This document shows positions 36,268-46,360 of a stretch of 64,000 bases of DNA, one piece after another. A program made the position numbers and the translations under genes. The number at the start of each line of letters is the position of its first letter. Position 1 is the first letter of the stretch. Below the pieces are notes generated by a model, which saw only the letters and a program-made list of their open reading frames with translations, ran no database searches and had not been told where the DNA came from. The stretch spans positions 1 to 64,000 of the forward strand of contig JAFCCW010000004.1 in assembly GCA_017609985.1 (NCBI GenBank), in the 5' to 3' direction. The stretch comes from Candidatus Iainarchaeum sp. (GTDB lineage: Archaea > Iainarchaeota > Iainarchaeia > Iainarchaeales > JAFCCW01).

Positions 36268-36975
36268 CTATTTTTTCTTTCGCCCAGTTCTTTTTGACGC
36301 TATTGCTCCAACCTTTCTTCCCGGAGATGCATGTCTTGAAGTGCTTTTACTCTTTCCAGCATGATGTTGTTCTCCACCAAATGGATGGTCTGAAGCGTTC
36401 ATTGCAACACCTCTGACTCTGGGCCATTTTCTGCTTTTTGCCTTCATAAACTTAAATTTTGCTCCAGCTTTAACCATTGGCTTTTCTTTTCTTCCGCCCC
36501 CGGAGCAACAACCAATGCTTGCTCTTGAAACAAGAGGAATATTTTTGATGTTACCGCTTGGCAACTTAATTCTGGCATAAGTCTTCTCTTTTGAAACAAG
36601 GATAGCATACATTCCGCTTCCCCTAACAAGCTTTCCACCGTCTCCGTTCACAAGCTCTATATTAAACACAGGACATCCTTCTGGAATTCCTGACAAAGGC
36701 AGAGTATTTCCAATGCTTATTTCAGAATCTAGCCCCATTGAAACTTTTTGTCCCACGGAAAGTCCTTCTGCTGCAATAACTGTTTCTTTGTTTCCATTGT
36801 TAAATTCTATATTCGCCATAACTGTGCTTCCACCATTATCTTTTTCAAGATTCATAACTTCTCCTGCCACAGTTTTGTCTGCATCAGAAGAACAGTATTT
36901 AGAGCAGATTCCTTTCTTTTTTGCTCTGAACACAGATGTTCCGCGCCCTCTTCTCTGTAGCATCAGTTTAGCCAT
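36268..36975 (-). CDS. rpl2: ribosomal protein L2
   Basis: QRRGRG, DGGKLVR, WPRVRGVAMNASDHPFGG, PGRKVG. Confidence 0.97.
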   Translation of the reverse strand: MAKLMLQRRGRGTSVFRAKKKGICSKYCSSDADKTVAGEVMNLEKDNGGSTVMANIEFNNGNKETVIAAEGLSVGQKVSMGLDSEISIGNTLPLSGIPEGCPVFNIELVNGDGGKLVRGSGMYAILVSKEKTYARIKLPSGNIKNIPLVSRASIGCCSGGGRKEKPMVKAGAKFKFMKAKSRKWPRVRGVAMNASDHPFGGEQHHAGKSKSTSRHASPGRKVGAIASKRTGRKKK

Positions 36976-36985
36976 ATTAATTCAC

Positions 36986-37252
36986 CTAAATAACTCCAAG
37001 CTTGGTTGCAAGTTCCTCTGCTTTAAATTCCTTGCCAAGCTTTACAATTGCTTTTTTTCTTCCCTTTGTATCGTTAATAACCTTTATTCCTTCAACCTTA
37101 ACTTTGTGAACTGTTTCAACAGCATTTTTTATCTCTGGCTTTGTTGCTAACTTATTGACAACAAATGAAATCTTGTTTTCTCGCTCAATCATTCCGACTG
37201 CTTTTTCAGTAATAAGCGGGAACAAAATTATTTCATCAATCCTTAAAGTCAT
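36986..37252 (-). CDS. rpl23: ribosomal protein L23
   Basis: PLITEKA, ATKPEIK, GRKKAIVKL. Confidence 0.96.
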   Translation of the reverse strand: MTLRIDEIILFPLITEKAVGMIERENKISFVVNKLATKPEIKNAVETVHKVKVEGIKVINDTKGRKKAIVKLGKEFKAEELATKLGVI

Positions 37253-38061
37253 GCAACCACTCTCTTTTCAGCCTTAAGACCTTCGATTGCGGTTTCTGTC
37301 CAGACAGTCAATCTTCCTGGCATGCAACCAGGAGCAAGCTTCTCTGCACTAATGCTTGAAACAGTTGAAATATCCACTCCTTCAAGATTTCTTGCTGCTT
37401 TGTAAATTTCTGCCTTATCCCCAGTAACAATCAAAATACTCTTTTTTCTCTTATGAACTCTTCCCCTCTTCTTTCCCTTGCCAGCTCTTCTCTTTTTCTT
37501 GCTTTTTGCGCTTTCAATATCTTCATAAATTCCAATCTTGCTAAGCACATCAACAATCTGTTTTGTTTTTGCAAATTTTTCAAAATCACTTTCAATAATA
37601 ACTGGAAGCACTATGTTTCCAAGAATATGTCTTTTTGAAACAAGGTCTTTGTTTGCAGTTGCAGCAATTGCTGAAGCAATAGCCTTTGCTTTTTCCTTTT
37701 TGTTAACTTTTTCTTTTATAACCTGCTCGACTTTCGGAGCGTGTGCTTTTGGCCCTCCAACAGCCTGTGAAACAGCTGCAACTCTTCCTGAAAGAAGACC
37801 GCGTCTGTTCTTCATTCTTGGAAGTCTTGCTTTTCCAACATTAATTGTTCTTGCATGCTGTGGCAGGCTTCTTGAACCGCGGTATTCAGCAGTATTGTCT
37901 CTTCCAGCCTTTGGTTTAACTCCTTTTGGCTGTTTTCTTGCAGATTGTCCTGCAAGCACTGCTCTCTTAATCAATCCGGGCTCGTAAGCCGAACTAAAAA
38001 CTTTTGGCAAGTCAATAGACTTAAGTTTTTTTCCTTCAACTGAAAAAACATCTGCTTTCAT
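37249..38061 (-). CDS. rpl4: ribosomal protein L4
   Basis: LIKRAV, AVGGPKAHAPK, RAGKGKKRGR, LAPGCMPGRLTVWT. Confidence 0.97.
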   Translation of the reverse strand: MKADVFSVEGKKLKSIDLPKVFSSAYEPGLIKRAVLAGQSARKQPKGVKPKAGRDNTAEYRGSRSLPQHARTINVGKARLPRMKNRRGLLSGRVAAVSQAVGGPKAHAPKVEQVIKEKVNKKEKAKAIASAIAATANKDLVSKRHILGNIVLPVIIESDFEKFAKTKQIVDVLSKIGIYEDIESAKSKKKRRAGKGKKRGRVHKRKKSILIVTGDKAEIYKAARNLEGVDISTVSSISAEKLAPGCMPGRLTVWTETAIEGLKAEKRVVA

Positions 38062-38078
38062 AACACATCACATTTAAT

Positions 38079-39125
38079 CTAATTAACAATCTTTTCGATT
38101 TCCTCTAGTTTAATTTTTTCAGTAATTCCTTTTCTCATGTTTGTTCTAAGCGCAATTAATCTTTTTCTTGGACCCGGCACTGAACCTGCAAGCAGTACAA
38201 AAGAGTTTTTGACAACCCCATAATTTGTAAAACCAGCTTTTGGATTTATTTCGTTTACATCACTCCCAAGCTTTAAAATCTTCTTGTTGTATTCTGTTCT
38301 GCACTGGTATCCGAGCTGGCCTGGTCTTGCAACAGTCCACATTACAGTAGCTGGATGCCATGGTCCAATACTTCCCATAACTCTCTTGTGCTTTGCTTTG
38401 GGTCTGTGAATCTTGACACCAGCTCTTTTAACAACTCCCTGAAAACCTTTTCCTTTTGTAACAGCTTTTACGTCAACAAATTGTTTTTCCTTGAAAACTT
38501 CTTCTATTGAAAGCTCTTTTCCAAGTTTTTCTTTTGCGTAAGCAAGCTGTTCTTCACTGTTTCCAGACAGCATTATTTCAACAATTTCTGGCTTCTTTTT
38601 TCCAGTTCCAGTAATTGCCGGCTGAGAATGTGCAAGAAGTCTTATTCCAACAATTCGCTCCAAATCCTTTTCTAAATCAGAAACAGTTGTCTTCTTTGCA
38701 CTTTCTTTCTCCTCTTCTTTCTTTTCTTCTTTTGCCCCACTTCCTTTGCCTTTCTTTTGTTTCTTTTCCCGGAATGCTTTAATTTTTCTCAAAAGATGCT
38801 TGTCTGCTTTCTCAGCTAAGACATCTCCCAAAACCTTTAATCCATAAGCGTCTTTTTTGTAAGCCCTGATTCCAAAAATTTTTATTGGGGGAGTCTCAAT
38901 AACTGTTGCTGCCTGTGAAGTGCTCATTCCATAGCTTGGGCTTTTCTCATGCATATTCTTTCCAATCACGTGAGACATTCCTGCTTTGTAACCAACAAAG
39001 TTAAGTGGAACACAAGTTTCTTGCTCAGCCAGCCCTGCATTGCTGAAGCTTGGTGTTTCTTTCTTTGCTCTTTTCTTTGGATAGAAAGCAAGACTTCCAG
39101 ACCTTGGCTTGTGTTTTTGACCCAT
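38079..39125 (-). CDS. rpl3: ribosomal protein L3 (internal K/E insertion)
   Basis: PRSGSLAFYPKKRA, GYKAGM, TKGKGFQGVVKR, GSIGPWHP, GSVPGP. Confidence 0.97.
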   Translation of the reverse strand: MGQKHKPRSGSLAFYPKKRAKKETPSFSNAGLAEQETCVPLNFVGYKAGMSHVIGKNMHEKSPSYGMSTSQAATVIETPPIKIFGIRAYKKDAYGLKVLGDVLAEKADKHLLRKIKAFREKKQKKGKGSGAKEEKKEEEKESAKKTTVSDLEKDLERIVGIRLLAHSQPAITGTGKKKPEIVEIMLSGNSEEQLAYAKEKLGKELSIEEVFKEKQFVDVKAVTKGKGFQGVVKRAGVKIHRPKAKHKRVMGSIGPWHPATVMWTVARPGQLGYQCRTEYNKKILKLGSDVNEINPKAGFTNYGVVKNSFVLLAGSVPGPRKRLIALRTNMRKGITEKIKLEEIEKIVN

Positions 39126-39150
39126 TCTTACACCATCTTATTCAAAAAAA

Positions 39151-39259
39151 GCACAGTCTTGTCTCTCCCAAGTTTCAGATGAATTTCCCTTCAATTGAGG
39201 GCAGCCAAACAAACAGTTGGCATTTATATCCGACCCGGTTTGGGCAAGACACAGTGTGC
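39151..39259 (-). ncRNA. putative structured leader RNA of the L3-L4 (S10-type) operon
   Basis: Nested complementary pairs in the mRNA: GCACA/UGUGC, GUCUUG/CAAGAC, CCCAA/UUGGG, UCGGAU/AUCUGA; hairpins GCCAA/UUGGC and CCCU/AGGG. Confidence 0.55.
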
Positions 39260-39312
39260 TCTATTATTCTATATTCTATATTTTCTATACAGTAAGCTTT
39301 AAAAATGCAACT

Positions 39313-41394
39313 TTATTCAATCCATTCTTCTTTTCCTTCTGCTTCAGCCCAGGGCTCTTCTGGCTGTTCTCTTCCAATTACTATGAAGACAGCAATAATT
39401 AAAATCGCGATTACTACAAGCGCAATCCAGAAGCTTTCAACAAATGAAAACAAAGCTGCTCCAAGATTAAAACCTGTTTCTTGTTCAGTTGCGTCTCCTT
39501 CTTCAGCAGGTGTTTCTTCAACAATCTCTTCTTCTGAGTTGTCAGCCTGCTTTTTTACAACCTGAACAGTGTGTTCTCCTGCGCTTGTTCCTTCAAGGTC
39601 AACAGAAAACTTTATTTCTCCTGTTCCATTTGTTTCAATATTTGCATAAAAAATTTCTTCCATTTTGTTAGGAACTGAAATAACTCTTGGCTGAACTTTT
39701 GCATTGACTGCACTCAAAGCAATATTTGCTCTTTTTCCTGAAAAATTGCTGACTCTGAAAACAAGTATGCCCTTGCCATTCTCAAGCTCTTTAAAGGAGG
39801 CTGTGCTCAGATTAAATCCTGAAATATCTGCTTCCTGTTCGTTTTCCCTGCTTGCTTGATTTCTTGTTGAATTCTTTTCAGAGGGCAAAACAAGAACACT
39901 AAATCTCTTTGAAAGATGGTTTTCATAGCAGTTTTTTCCTGAAGCAAAATGCCCTCTCACTTTCAAAAACCCGGTTGGGTCAACTGCTTTGCCAATTGAT
40001 GAAACTTTAACAATTATTTCTCCCTTGCTGCCTGGTTCAATCACACGCTCTCTAGAGTGCTCTTCAGTTATTATGTCGTCACTCAAGTCATAGGCATAAA
40101 CCCAGTCAACATAGAATACTTCGCTTGAATGATTCCAAAGGAAAAAAGAAGCATAAACACTTTCATCTTCGTAAAGTGAAACATTATTTCCTGAAATAGA
40201 GAGCGCTGAGCAGCTTGAATCATTTGAAGCAAAATATGCATAATCTTTGCTTTCTTGCTCTGTTCCATTCATTGTTGTTGTTTCATTTTCTGTGTTTCCT
40301 GCGCTGTTTTCAAGAGTCAACGGAGTAAATGAATTAGTTTTAACAATATGTGCTGTTTCTTCAAATTCAAAAGAATCCTCAATTGTTATGTAGAAAGGTC
40401 TGTTTGTTTTCCTGCATTCTATTCCGCTTTCAAAGTGGCCTTCAAGGCTTGCGTATCCTGTACCTCTCTCTTGCCCGATAATTTCTCCAGAGTAAACCTT
40501 AACCTTAATTTTTGCTGTCCCGTATGGCTCAATGTAACTTGGTTGGTGCACAGCTTCTGCTTCGAACCTGTCGTTGTAATCTCTTACTTCAAGTCCGTCA
40601 ATATAAAATGCTTTTCCTGAAGTATTGTAAACAGTAAAATTCTTTTCCTGTGCACTGTTTTCTTCCAGCTCAAAATCTGCTGTGCTGAATCTTATTTCTG
40701 AACAGTCTGCTTTCGGCTCCTGAAATTGCTCAATATAACTCTGGTTTGTATTAAACTGGTTTTGCTCTTTTCCTGTTTCTTTGTATTCTGGTTCTGTCTC
40801 TTCTGCTTTTTTCCAGTTAGTGACCTGTACATAAGCATTCTCGCTGTCATATGAATTTTTTCCAGCAATGCTTGTCTTGATGCTTATTTTGTATTCTTCA
40901 AATTCTCCTGCTGTGAAAGCATTCCTGAATTCAAAAAATTTTGTTGAAAAACCATGCTTTGTCCAGCTCTGGAAATAAGATCCAGTGCTTGCATAGCCAT
41001 ATCCACACCATGGCTCAAAATAGCCCATTATTGTGCTATATGTGCTTCCGCTGTCCATGTAATTGTAAGTATCATAACCATATCCCTTTGGATAAACATA
41101 ATCATATTCTGCTGGCAGAGTCTTTACTTGCTTCCAGACTCCGTCTTCGTTGCCATAAACAGTTGCTTCTGCCTTGACTTCGTAATATGGCTCATAGCCC
41201 TTGTCAAGGAAAATACTTGCATGAATATCTATTCTGTCGCCTGTGCTTGCTTTTGCGTGGTGCAGCCACTCGCCCCCGTCAGCTCTTGCTTCAGCAAAAT
41301 TTATTTTTACATGTGCTGTGTTGCTGCTGGCTACTGCAAAAGAACACAAAAAAGCCAGAGCGATGAATGCGTAGAATAGCTTTGAAAAAGTCAT
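39313..41394 (-). CDS. large cell-surface protein (signal peptide, duplicated Cys-bracketed beta domain, C-terminal TM)
   Basis: Signal peptide, many N-x-S/T sequons, acidic linker, C-terminal TM anchor. Confidence 0.8.
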   Translation of the reverse strand: MTFSKLFYAFIALAFLCSFAVASSNTAHVKINFAEARADGGEWLHHAKASTGDRIDIHASIFLDKGYEPYYEVKAEATVYGNEDGVWKQVKTLPAEYDYVYPKGYGYDTYNYMDSGSTYSTIMGYFEPWCGYGYASTGSYFQSWTKHGFSTKFFEFRNAFTAGEFEEYKISIKTSIAGKNSYDSENAYVQVTNWKKAEETEPEYKETGKEQNQFNTNQSYIEQFQEPKADCSEIRFSTADFELEENSAQEKNFTVYNTSGKAFYIDGLEVRDYNDRFEAEAVHQPSYIEPYGTAKIKVKVYSGEIIGQERGTGYASLEGHFESGIECRKTNRPFYITIEDSFEFEETAHIVKTNSFTPLTLENSAGNTENETTTMNGTEQESKDYAYFASNDSSCSALSISGNNVSLYEDESVYASFFLWNHSSEVFYVDWVYAYDLSDDIITEEHSRERVIEPGSKGEIIVKVSSIGKAVDPTGFLKVRGHFASGKNCYENHLSKRFSVLVLPSEKNSTRNQASRENEQEADISGFNLSTASFKELENGKGILVFRVSNFSGKRANIALSAVNAKVQPRVISVPNKMEEIFYANIETNGTGEIKFSVDLEGTSAGEHTVQVVKKQADNSEEEIVEETPAEEGDATEQETGFNLGAALFSFVESFWIALVVIAILIIAVFIVIGREQPEEPWAEAEGKEEWIE

Positions 41395-41460
41395 GTATAT
41401 ATTTGCTGTTGAACCAGTATTTAAATGTTCCTAATTAACGGGAATTGGTTAATTAGGTTA

Positions 41461-42912
41461 TTATCCCTTTATGCAAACAACAGGTTTCAATCCAACAACT
41501 TTTTCCGTAATTCCTGCCTTGTGCATTACTTCAACAACATCAACAACATCTTTGTATGCGTCCGGGGCCTCTTCTGCAATCCCTTTGATTGAACGTGCTT
41601 TGATTATTATTCCTTTTTCTTTGAGTTTTCTGACTACTTCCTCTCCCTTCCATTTCTTTGTTGCTGCTGTTCTTGACATGCTTCTTCCCGCTCCGTGGAT
41701 AGTGCTTCCAAAAGTCTCATCCATTCCTTTTTCTGTGCCCTTAAGAAGATATGAAGACGTGCCCATCGTGCCCCCAACAATCACTGGCTGGCCTATACTC
41801 CTGTATTTCTCTGGAACTTCCTCTCTTCCAGGTCCGAATCCTCTTGTGCTCCCCTTTCTCTGCACTAAAACATTCTTTCCTTTACCTAAAATCTTATGTT
41901 TCTCTATTTTTGCGGTATTATGTCCTATATCATAAACCTGCTTGATTTCCTTTTCTCCAACTCCAAAAACCTCGGCAAACGCTTGTCTTGCAAGATGTGC
42001 AATAACCTGGCGGTTAGCAAAAGCAGTATTTATTCCTGCTTTTACTGCTGAAAAAAATTCCTGTCCTTCTTCGCTTTCAATCGGAGCACAAACAAGTTCT
42101 CTTTCAGCAATCTCTATTCCATACTTTTTTCTTGCGCTATCTAGTTTTCCAAGATAGTCTGTTCCAATCTGGTGACCGAGAGCACGGGAACCACAGTGAA
42201 TGCTTATCAAAGTCTGTTCTTTCTCCAACCCATAGGTTTTTGCTGCTTCTTCATCAAAAATTTCTTCAACAAACTGAACTTCAGCATAGTGATTTCCACT
42301 TCCAAGAGTACCAATCTGCTTGAAAGCACGTTTTTTTGCCTTTTGAGACACGTGCTCTGGCCCAGCCCCCTTTATTTTTCCGCCTTCCTCTGTAAACTGC
42401 AAATCCTCTTTTAATCCATATCCTTGTTTTACTACATACTCTGCTCCATTCACAATTACTTCATCAAGCTCTGCTTCATTCAATCTAAGCTTTCCAGTGC
42501 TTCCAAGTCCTGCTGGGATGTGTTTGAACAATGCATCTGCAAGTTCTTCTTTTTTCTTTTTCACTTCCTGCTTCGTAAACGGAGTTGCAAGAGTTCTTAC
42601 TCCACAATTAATGTCAAAGCCAACTGCTCCGAAGGTAATTACTCCTTCTTGCAGGTCTGAAGCAATCACTCCTCCTATTGGGGCTCCGTAGCCTGGATGC
42701 ACATCGGCAAGAGCAAGAGAATATTTTTCCACTCCTGGAAGCATTGCAACATTCTTTATCTGTCTTAACGCACTCCAAGCCTCTGGTCTTGACTCTTCTT
42801 CCACGAGCTGTTCCATTATTTGCTTGTTTCCATAGAACCTGCCTGGAACAGTCATCTTTCCTTGTTTGGGAATTTCCCAGACAAACTCTTCGATTTGCTT
42901 TAATTCAGTCAT
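41461..42912 (-). CDS. rtcB: RNA-splicing ligase RtcB
   Basis: DVHPGYGAPIGGV, VGFDINCGVR, GTLGSGNHY, HCGSR, HNTAK, GGTMG, HGAGR, EEAPDAYK. Confidence 0.97.
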   Translation of the reverse strand: MTELKQIEEFVWEIPKQGKMTVPGRFYGNKQIMEQLVEEESRPEAWSALRQIKNVAMLPGVEKYSLALADVHPGYGAPIGGVIASDLQEGVITFGAVGFDINCGVRTLATPFTKQEVKKKKEELADALFKHIPAGLGSTGKLRLNEAELDEVIVNGAEYVVKQGYGLKEDLQFTEEGGKIKGAGPEHVSQKAKKRAFKQIGTLGSGNHYAEVQFVEEIFDEEAAKTYGLEKEQTLISIHCGSRALGHQIGTDYLGKLDSARKKYGIEIAERELVCAPIESEEGQEFFSAVKAGINTAFANRQVIAHLARQAFAEVFGVGEKEIKQVYDIGHNTAKIEKHKILGKGKNVLVQRKGSTRGFGPGREEVPEKYRSIGQPVIVGGTMGTSSYLLKGTEKGMDETFGSTIHGAGRSMSRTAATKKWKGEEVVRKLKEKGIIIKARSIKGIAEEAPDAYKDVVDVVEVMHKAGITEKVVGLKPVVCIKG

Positions 42913-42965
42913 TTTATCACTCAAAAAAATAGTCTAACAAAAACCTTAATAGTATACATCAAATA

Positions 42966-43385
42966 CTAGACATCCACAATACACTGTGCTTTCCAGATAA
43001 TATCTTCTCTCTCCACTCTCAACCCCGAGTAGGTTGCTGCTTTTACTTCAGTTTTGACTTCCTGCGCATCATTCATTTTTTCACCAAAAACTTTTCCGTT
43101 TAACTCATATCCTTTTCTTTTCTTTTTTATTTCCTTAATCTCAAAACCAGAGAAAAACATGCTGTGCACATCCTTTAAGTAAAGCAGTTCATTAAGCCAT
43201 TCAACAAGCAGTTGTTCTAAATCATAGCTTGTAACTATAACTTCTTTTTCTTCTTTCTTCTCAATCTGCTCCAAATCAATCATTATTGAAAACATTGCTT
43301 TTGCACACTCAGAAAAAGCTTCTTCTCTACTTTTTCCAACACCCCTAATTCCCATATCTGCCTTGTGCTCAAAAGTCTCAAACAT
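42966..43385 (-). CDS. archease
   Basis: EHKAD, LVEWLNELL, EVKAATY, C-terminal DV; adjacent to rtcB. Confidence 0.94.
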   Translation of the reverse strand: MFETFEHKADMGIRGVGKSREEAFSECAKAMFSIMIDLEQIEKKEEKEVIVTSYDLEQLLVEWLNELLYLKDVHSMFFSGFEIKEIKKKRKGYELNGKVFGEKMNDAQEVKTEVKAATYSGLRVEREDIIWKAQCIVDV

Positions 43386-43395
43386 TTTTTACTCT

Positions 43396-43845
43396 TCACT
43401 CCAAATCCATTATCTTGTCAACGCGCCTTTTGTGCCTTTCCCCATCTGGCTTGTTTCCATCAAACTCTGCGTCAAAAAATGCAGCAAGACAGGTTTTAGC
43501 AGTCTCAAGCTCAAGAACCCGGGCTCCGACACAAACAAGGTTTGCGTTGTTATGTTCTTTTGCAGCTCTGCCAGTAAATTCGTTATGTATAACTGCCGCT
43601 CTGATTCCCTTAATTTTTCCGGAAGCCATGCTCATTCCAATTCCTGTTCCACACACAAGCACTCCATAGTCTGCTTTTCCACCTGCTACTGTTCTTGCAA
43701 CTTTTTCTGCATAATCAGGATAGTCTACGCTTTCTTCATTGTCTGGCCCAGCATCTTCTACTTCATAGCCTCTTTCTTTCAAGAATTCTTTCAAACCTTT
43801 TTTGTATTCTACTCCTGCATGATCGCTTCCAATAACAACTTTCAT
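43396..43845 (-). CDS. rpiB: ribose-5-phosphate isomerase B
   Basis: GSDHAG, VDYPDYA, CGTGIG, EHNNAN, GAR, RHKRR. Confidence 0.95.
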   Translation of the reverse strand: MKVVIGSDHAGVEYKKGLKEFLKERGYEVEDAGPDNEESVDYPDYAEKVARTVAGGKADYGVLVCGTGIGMSMASGKIKGIRAAVIHNEFTGRAAKEHNNANLVCVGARVLELETAKTCLAAFFDAEFDGNKPDGERHKRRVDKIMDLE

Positions 43846-44468
43846 TATATCACGTCCTCTGACTTGCACTCTCCCAATCTATCAAGACAGTCTTCCTTTA
43901 TTTCTTCATCTACTTCAGTACAAAGCTGTTCCAGTTTACTTAATTGGTCACAAACCTCTTGAGAAACAATATTTCTCAAAACAGTCTTATAACAGCCCTG
44001 CTTGTTTGCTTCGATTGAAATATTTTCACAAACAAATGGATTGTCTGTGTAAATAGCCACGCTGTAAAAACAGAATCTCTGATCGTCTATTGGAAGACTT
44101 TTGCATAGGGAAGCATCTTCTAAAATTGACGCAATTCCTGAAACACAATCAAGTCTAGTATATTCATCTTCAATGCTGTTGCAATAGCTTATGTTTTCTT
44201 CTTCAAGTGAAAGCTCTTTGTAACAATAGTCCCTTGAAACTCCTTCTTCTCGCTCAGCACACTCTGGACTTTGTTTAATCTGCCAGTCCTCTAGTTCTGG
44301 TTCTGGCACGTCATCAGGAGTCAGGTTTTCGAATTCTTGATTGCTTATTTCCGCAAGATTAAGACTGTCTTTTTCTTCCACAGTCTTTTTACTCGCTGGA
44401 GAAAATAGTGTAATTGCTAAAAATACTAGTGCAAGTGCAATCACTGCGTGCTTCCAGTTTAAGTCCAT
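43845..44468 (-). CDS. membrane-anchored protein with ~26-aa Cys repeats
   Basis: N-terminal TM; repeated C-x2-I-x5-R-x2-C-x13 units. Confidence 0.78.
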   Translation of the reverse strand: MDLNWKHAVIALALVFLAITLFSPASKKTVEEKDSLNLAEISNQEFENLTPDDVPEPELEDWQIKQSPECAEREEGVSRDYCYKELSLEEENISYCNSIEDEYTRLDCVSGIASILEDASLCKSLPIDDQRFCFYSVAIYTDNPFVCENISIEANKQGCYKTVLRNIVSQEVCDQLSKLEQLCTEVDEEIKEDCLDRLGECKSEDVI

Positions 44469-44578
44469 TCAAACCATTAGAAGATAGTTCTTTGAATTTA
44501 AATAGTTTTCTAAAAAACTTTTCTACAATGTTTAGTTGCTTTACTTCTTTGATTTCAAAAAGTTTTCTAAAAAAGGTT

Positions 44579-44887
44579 CTAGTCTCTTAGCTCAATTTCT
44601 ACATGCACGTCTTCTGGAATTTCAACACGCATAATTCTTCTAAGCGTACTTTCGTCTGCTTTGATGTCAATTAGCCTTTTGTGAATTCGCATTTCCCATT
44701 TTTCATAGGTTTCTGTTCCGCCACCGCAAGGACTCTTTCGGGTTGGAATAACGAGTTTTTTTGTTGGCAATGGCACTGGACCAGAGTACTTAGCACCTGT
44801 TCGCTCAGCTACTGCAATCACCTGTCTGGCGATTTCATCAACGCGCTCGAAACTTTTCGAACTCAGTTTTACTCTAGCTTTCTGCAT
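44579..44887 (-). CDS. rps10: ribosomal protein S10
   Basis: [28 protein letters not shown]. Confidence 0.97.
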   Translation of the reverse strand: MQKARVKLSSKSFERVDEIARQVIAVAERTGAKYSGPVPLPTKKLVIPTRKSPCGGGTETYEKWEMRIHKRLIDIKADESTLRRIMRVEIPEDVHVEIELRD

Positions 44888-44956
44888 AACCAATCAACTC
44901 AATTAAAAGCAATTAAGCCTTTTTTCCCTAAAAATAAAAAAAATAGGGAAAGAACA

Positions 44957-46225
44957 TCACTCTTTTGGAGTGATGCCTGTTACCATTCCTGCAGCTACTG
45001 TCTGGCCCATATCTCTGATTGCGAACCTTCCAAGCTGTGGGAATGCCTTGTATTCCTCTACAACAACTGGTCGAGTTGGAACAATCTTTACGATTGCTGC
45101 ATCTCCTGTTTTGAGGAATTTTGGATTCTCTTCCTTGACGTTTCCTGTTTTAGGATCAAGAGATTTTTGCAATTCTGTCAAAGTACAGCTGAGCTGTTCT
45201 GTGTGCATATGGAACACTGGAGTGTATCCTGCAGGAATTGCAGTAGGATGACTTAACACAACAATCTGTGCAGTGAACTCTTTTGCCACTGAAGGCGGAT
45301 TGTTTGTGTGACCAAGCACGTGTCCTCTTTTGACCTGTGTCTTGTCAAGTCCTCTTACATTGAATCCAATATTGTCACCTGGCACTGCTTGTGGCAACTG
45401 TTCGTGGTGCATTTCAACAGTTTTTACTTCTCCTGTTGCACCTGATGGTTGCACAATAATTTGGTCTCCAGGCTTAATTATTCCTGTTTCCACTCTGCCG
45501 ACAGGAACCATTCCAACACCCTTTATGTTGTAGACATCCTGAATTGGAAGTCTCAGTGGTTTGTCTGTTGGTGGCTCTGGTGCAATAAGGTCGTCTAAAG
45601 CATCAATTAGGGTTGGCCCAGAATACCAAGGCATTTTTTCTGTCTTTTTTGCAACATTATCGCCTTCCCACGCTGAAACAGGGATATATTTGACTGTTTC
45701 TGCCTTGAATCCGATTCCGCCAAGCAATTTTTCCATTTCACCCTTGATTTCCTTGAACTTGCCTTCTTCATAGCCGACTTCATCCATCTTGTTAATGGCT
45801 ATAGTAAGCTGCTTTATTCCCATTACCTGGGAAAGAAATGCATGTTCTTTTGTCTGAGGCTTTACTCCCTCTTTTGCAGCAACAACCAGTACAGCAGCGT
45901 CTGCCTGACTTGTTCCTGTAATCATGTTCTTTACAAAATCTTTATGTCCAGGAGCGTCAATTATTGTAAAGTCGTTCTTTTTTCCTTCAAACTTCTTGTA
46001 AGCAACATCAATTGTTACTCCGCGCTCTCTTTCCTCTTTTAGATTGTCCATTGCATAAGCAAAGGCAAAAGTTCCTTTTCCTTTTTCCTTAGCTTCTGCT
46101 TCCAGCTTTCTGTACTCCTGCTCACTCAAAGAGCCAGAGTCGTACAACAGCCTTCCGACAAGTGTAGACTTTCCATGGTCAACGTGACCAATGAAAACCA
46201 AATTCAAGTGTGGTTTATCTGCCAT
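44957..46225 (-). CDS. tuf: elongation factor aEF-1 alpha
   Basis: [43 protein letters not shown]. Confidence 0.98.
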   Translation of the reverse strand: MADKPHLNLVFIGHVDHGKSTLVGRLLYDSGSLSEQEYRKLEAEAKEKGKGTFAFAYAMDNLKEERERGVTIDVAYKKFEGKKNDFTIIDAPGHKDFVKNMITGTSQADAAVLVVAAKEGVKPQTKEHAFLSQVMGIKQLTIAINKMDEVGYEEGKFKEIKGEMEKLLGGIGFKAETVKYIPVSAWEGDNVAKKTEKMPWYSGPTLIDALDDLIAPEPPTDKPLRLPIQDVYNIKGVGMVPVGRVETGIIKPGDQIIVQPSGATGEVKTVEMHHEQLPQAVPGDNIGFNVRGLDKTQVKRGHVLGHTNNPPSVAKEFTAQIVVLSHPTAIPAGYTPVFHMHTEQLSCTLTELQKSLDPKTGNVKEENPKFLKTGDAAIVKIVPTRPVVVEEYKAFPQLGRFAIRDMGQTVAAGMVTGITPKE

Positions 46226-46360
46226 AAAATCCCTCCAATTTATTGATGCTTTAGCGTAAACAATTCTTAATCGAAAGTATTAAAAAACTAAATTCAAGCG
46301 AAATTCCGCTAAATCACTAACTTATATGGCCTCACAATGTTTTAAAATCTATTGATATTT

